This document shows positions 62,798-64,000 of a DNA stretch of 64,000 bases, piece by piece. The DNA is taken from assembly GCA_021323375.2 (NCBI GenBank), contig JAJPCT020000022.1, positions 1 to 64,000 of the forward strand, in the 5' to 3' direction. Below the pieces are notes generated by a model. It was not told the DNA's origin, did not search any database, and saw nothing but the letters and a program-made list of their open reading frames with translations. Both the position numbers and the translations under genes were made by a program. The stretch is from Candidatus Wolframiiraptor gerlachensis (GTDB taxonomy: Archaea; Thermoproteota; Nitrososphaeria_A; Caldarchaeales; Wolframiiraptoraceae). The number at the start of each line of letters is the position of its first letter. Position 1 is the stretch's first letter.

Positions 62798-64000
62798 ATG
62801 GGTCAGACACGCCTCGACGATCACATTCATCGCGATATCTACTTCTTGATCGGCTGCAGCTATGATGGTAAGACTGGGAAAGCCTATCTCAAGCTCTTAA
62901 ACCCCGAGACCCAGGAGGTCAAGCTGGTATATGATGAGAGCGATCATAAGCCATACTGCTATGTCAAGGAGCCCATTGAGGAGGTTAGGAGGCTGGGGTT
63001 GCCCGGCGTCGTGGACCTTACCCGTGAGAAAAAATATGATCTGCTCAGGGATCAGGAGGTTGAGCTGACGAAGATAATCGCAAGTGATCCTCTCGCGATA
63101 GGTGGAGGTAGTAACTCGATAAGGGAAAAGATAAGGGCGTGGGAGGCCGATATACCGTATCACCTCTGCTACCTCTATGACGCGGGACTTACGCCATGCA
63201 TGCCATACACTCTAGCGGATAATAGGCTACGCGAGTTCCTGCCAAGTGATGAGAAGATTAGGGATATTGTGGAGAGGGTCTTCGGCGACCTCCCAGACGA
63301 TGAGAAGAAGCTACTAGCAGAGTGGATAAGCCTCTTCGAGGCAGATCAGCCGACATTCAAGCATCTCTCAATGGATATAGAGGTCTTATCACCGGTCGCG
63401 ACTAGGGTTCCATCCCCGAGCAAGGCTCGAGATAAGATTGGGACGATATCATTCGTTGGAAGCGATGGTAGGAGGGAGGTTTACCTGTTAAGGACACCAA
63501 AGCTTGGAGAGGTCTCAAACACTGATCTCTACGAGGTTAAAGTATACGATGATGAGGCTGAAATGCTCAGGGACGCCTTTGAGGTCATCAAACAATACCC
63601 GGTGCTAGCGACATTTAATGGCGATGACTTCGACCTACCATATCTCAGGCATAGAGCTGAGGTTCTCAAGATACCGAAGGAGCAGATCCCGATAACGTTG
63701 GGAAAGGAGGGTGCCTCACTGAGACATGGTGTGCACATAGATCTCTATAAATTCTTCATGAATCGAAGCATACAGGTCTATGCCTTCGATAACAAGTATA
63801 GGGAGCATACGCTCGAGGCCGTGGCCCAAGCTATACTCGGCAAGGGGAAGATCGCGATAGAGAAGCCCATAGGAGAGCTATCTGGGGAGGAGCTTGCGAG
63901 ATACTGCTTCCAAGATGCTCTCCTAGTCCATGAACTCCTTACTATGGATAATGAGCTCGTGCTCAAGCTCCTAGTAGTCCTCTCGAGGATAAGCAGGATG
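62798..64000 (+). CDS. polB1: family B DNA polymerase B1 (partial, runs off the window end)
   Basis: Hand translation from ATG 62798 gives HKPYC, DPLAIGG, AWEADI, exoI DIEV, exoII FNGDDFDLPYL and exoIII YC..DA. Confidence 0.92.
   Translation, partial: MGQTRLDDHIHRDIYFLIGCSYDGKTGKAYLKLLNPETQEVKLVYDESDHKPYCYVKEPIEEVRRLGLPGVVDLTREKKYDLLRDQEVELTKIIASDPLAIGGGSNSIREKIRAWEADIPYHLCYLYDAGLTPCMPYTLADNRLREFLPSDEKIRDIVERVFGDLPDDEKKLLAEWISLFEADQPTFKHLSMDIEVLSPVATRVPSPSKARDKIGTISFVGSDGRREVYLLRTPKLGEVSNTDLYEVKVYDDEAEMLRDAFEVIKQYPVLATFNGDDFDLPYLRHRAEVLKIPKEQIPITLGKEGASLRHGVHIDLYKFFMNRSIQVYAFDNKYREHTLEAVAQAILGKGKIAIEKPIGELSGEELARYCFQDALLVHELLTMDNELVLKLLVVLSRISRM

Overview
A 64 kb archaeal chromosomal segment. 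PolB1, rpl14e, a single-OB-fold SSB, class I LysRS, Cbf5, two AOR-family oxidoreductases with MoeA/MoeB/MoaD and an intron-containing tRNA-Ser(GGA) point to a thermophilic TACK archaeon; Caldarchaeales/'Aigarchaeota' is a plausible inference, not verified. Most of the window is housekeeping or metabolic genes, including a redox/metal-stress block at about 5-23 kb, and there are several pseudogenes. The most unusual feature is a pair of diverged, decayed copies (about 40.8-42.0 kb and 48.7-49.9 kb) of a compact gene with a RuvC/DEDD-like N-terminus and an IS110-Tnp20/Nop-like C-terminus. Each copy is followed by a conserved, covarying stem-loop of about 140 nt whose central internal loop is pseudo-symmetric (GG-TYDT-N9-H-CC on both strands) and carries two 9-nt segments that differ between copies. 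This looks like a dual-guide RNA of the IS110/IS1111 bridge-RNA or TIGR-Tas type, and some of the 9-mers resemble DNA flanking the element. Other points: an unannotated box C/D sRNA, a SerK-like kinase facing a cysteine synthase fused to a degenerate SerK-like domain, a ChrB-like regulator with a perfect operator palindrome ahead of an uncharacterised two-gene operon, and a DNA methyltransferase frameshifted in a homopolymer. All calls come from reading the sequence by eye; no searches were run.
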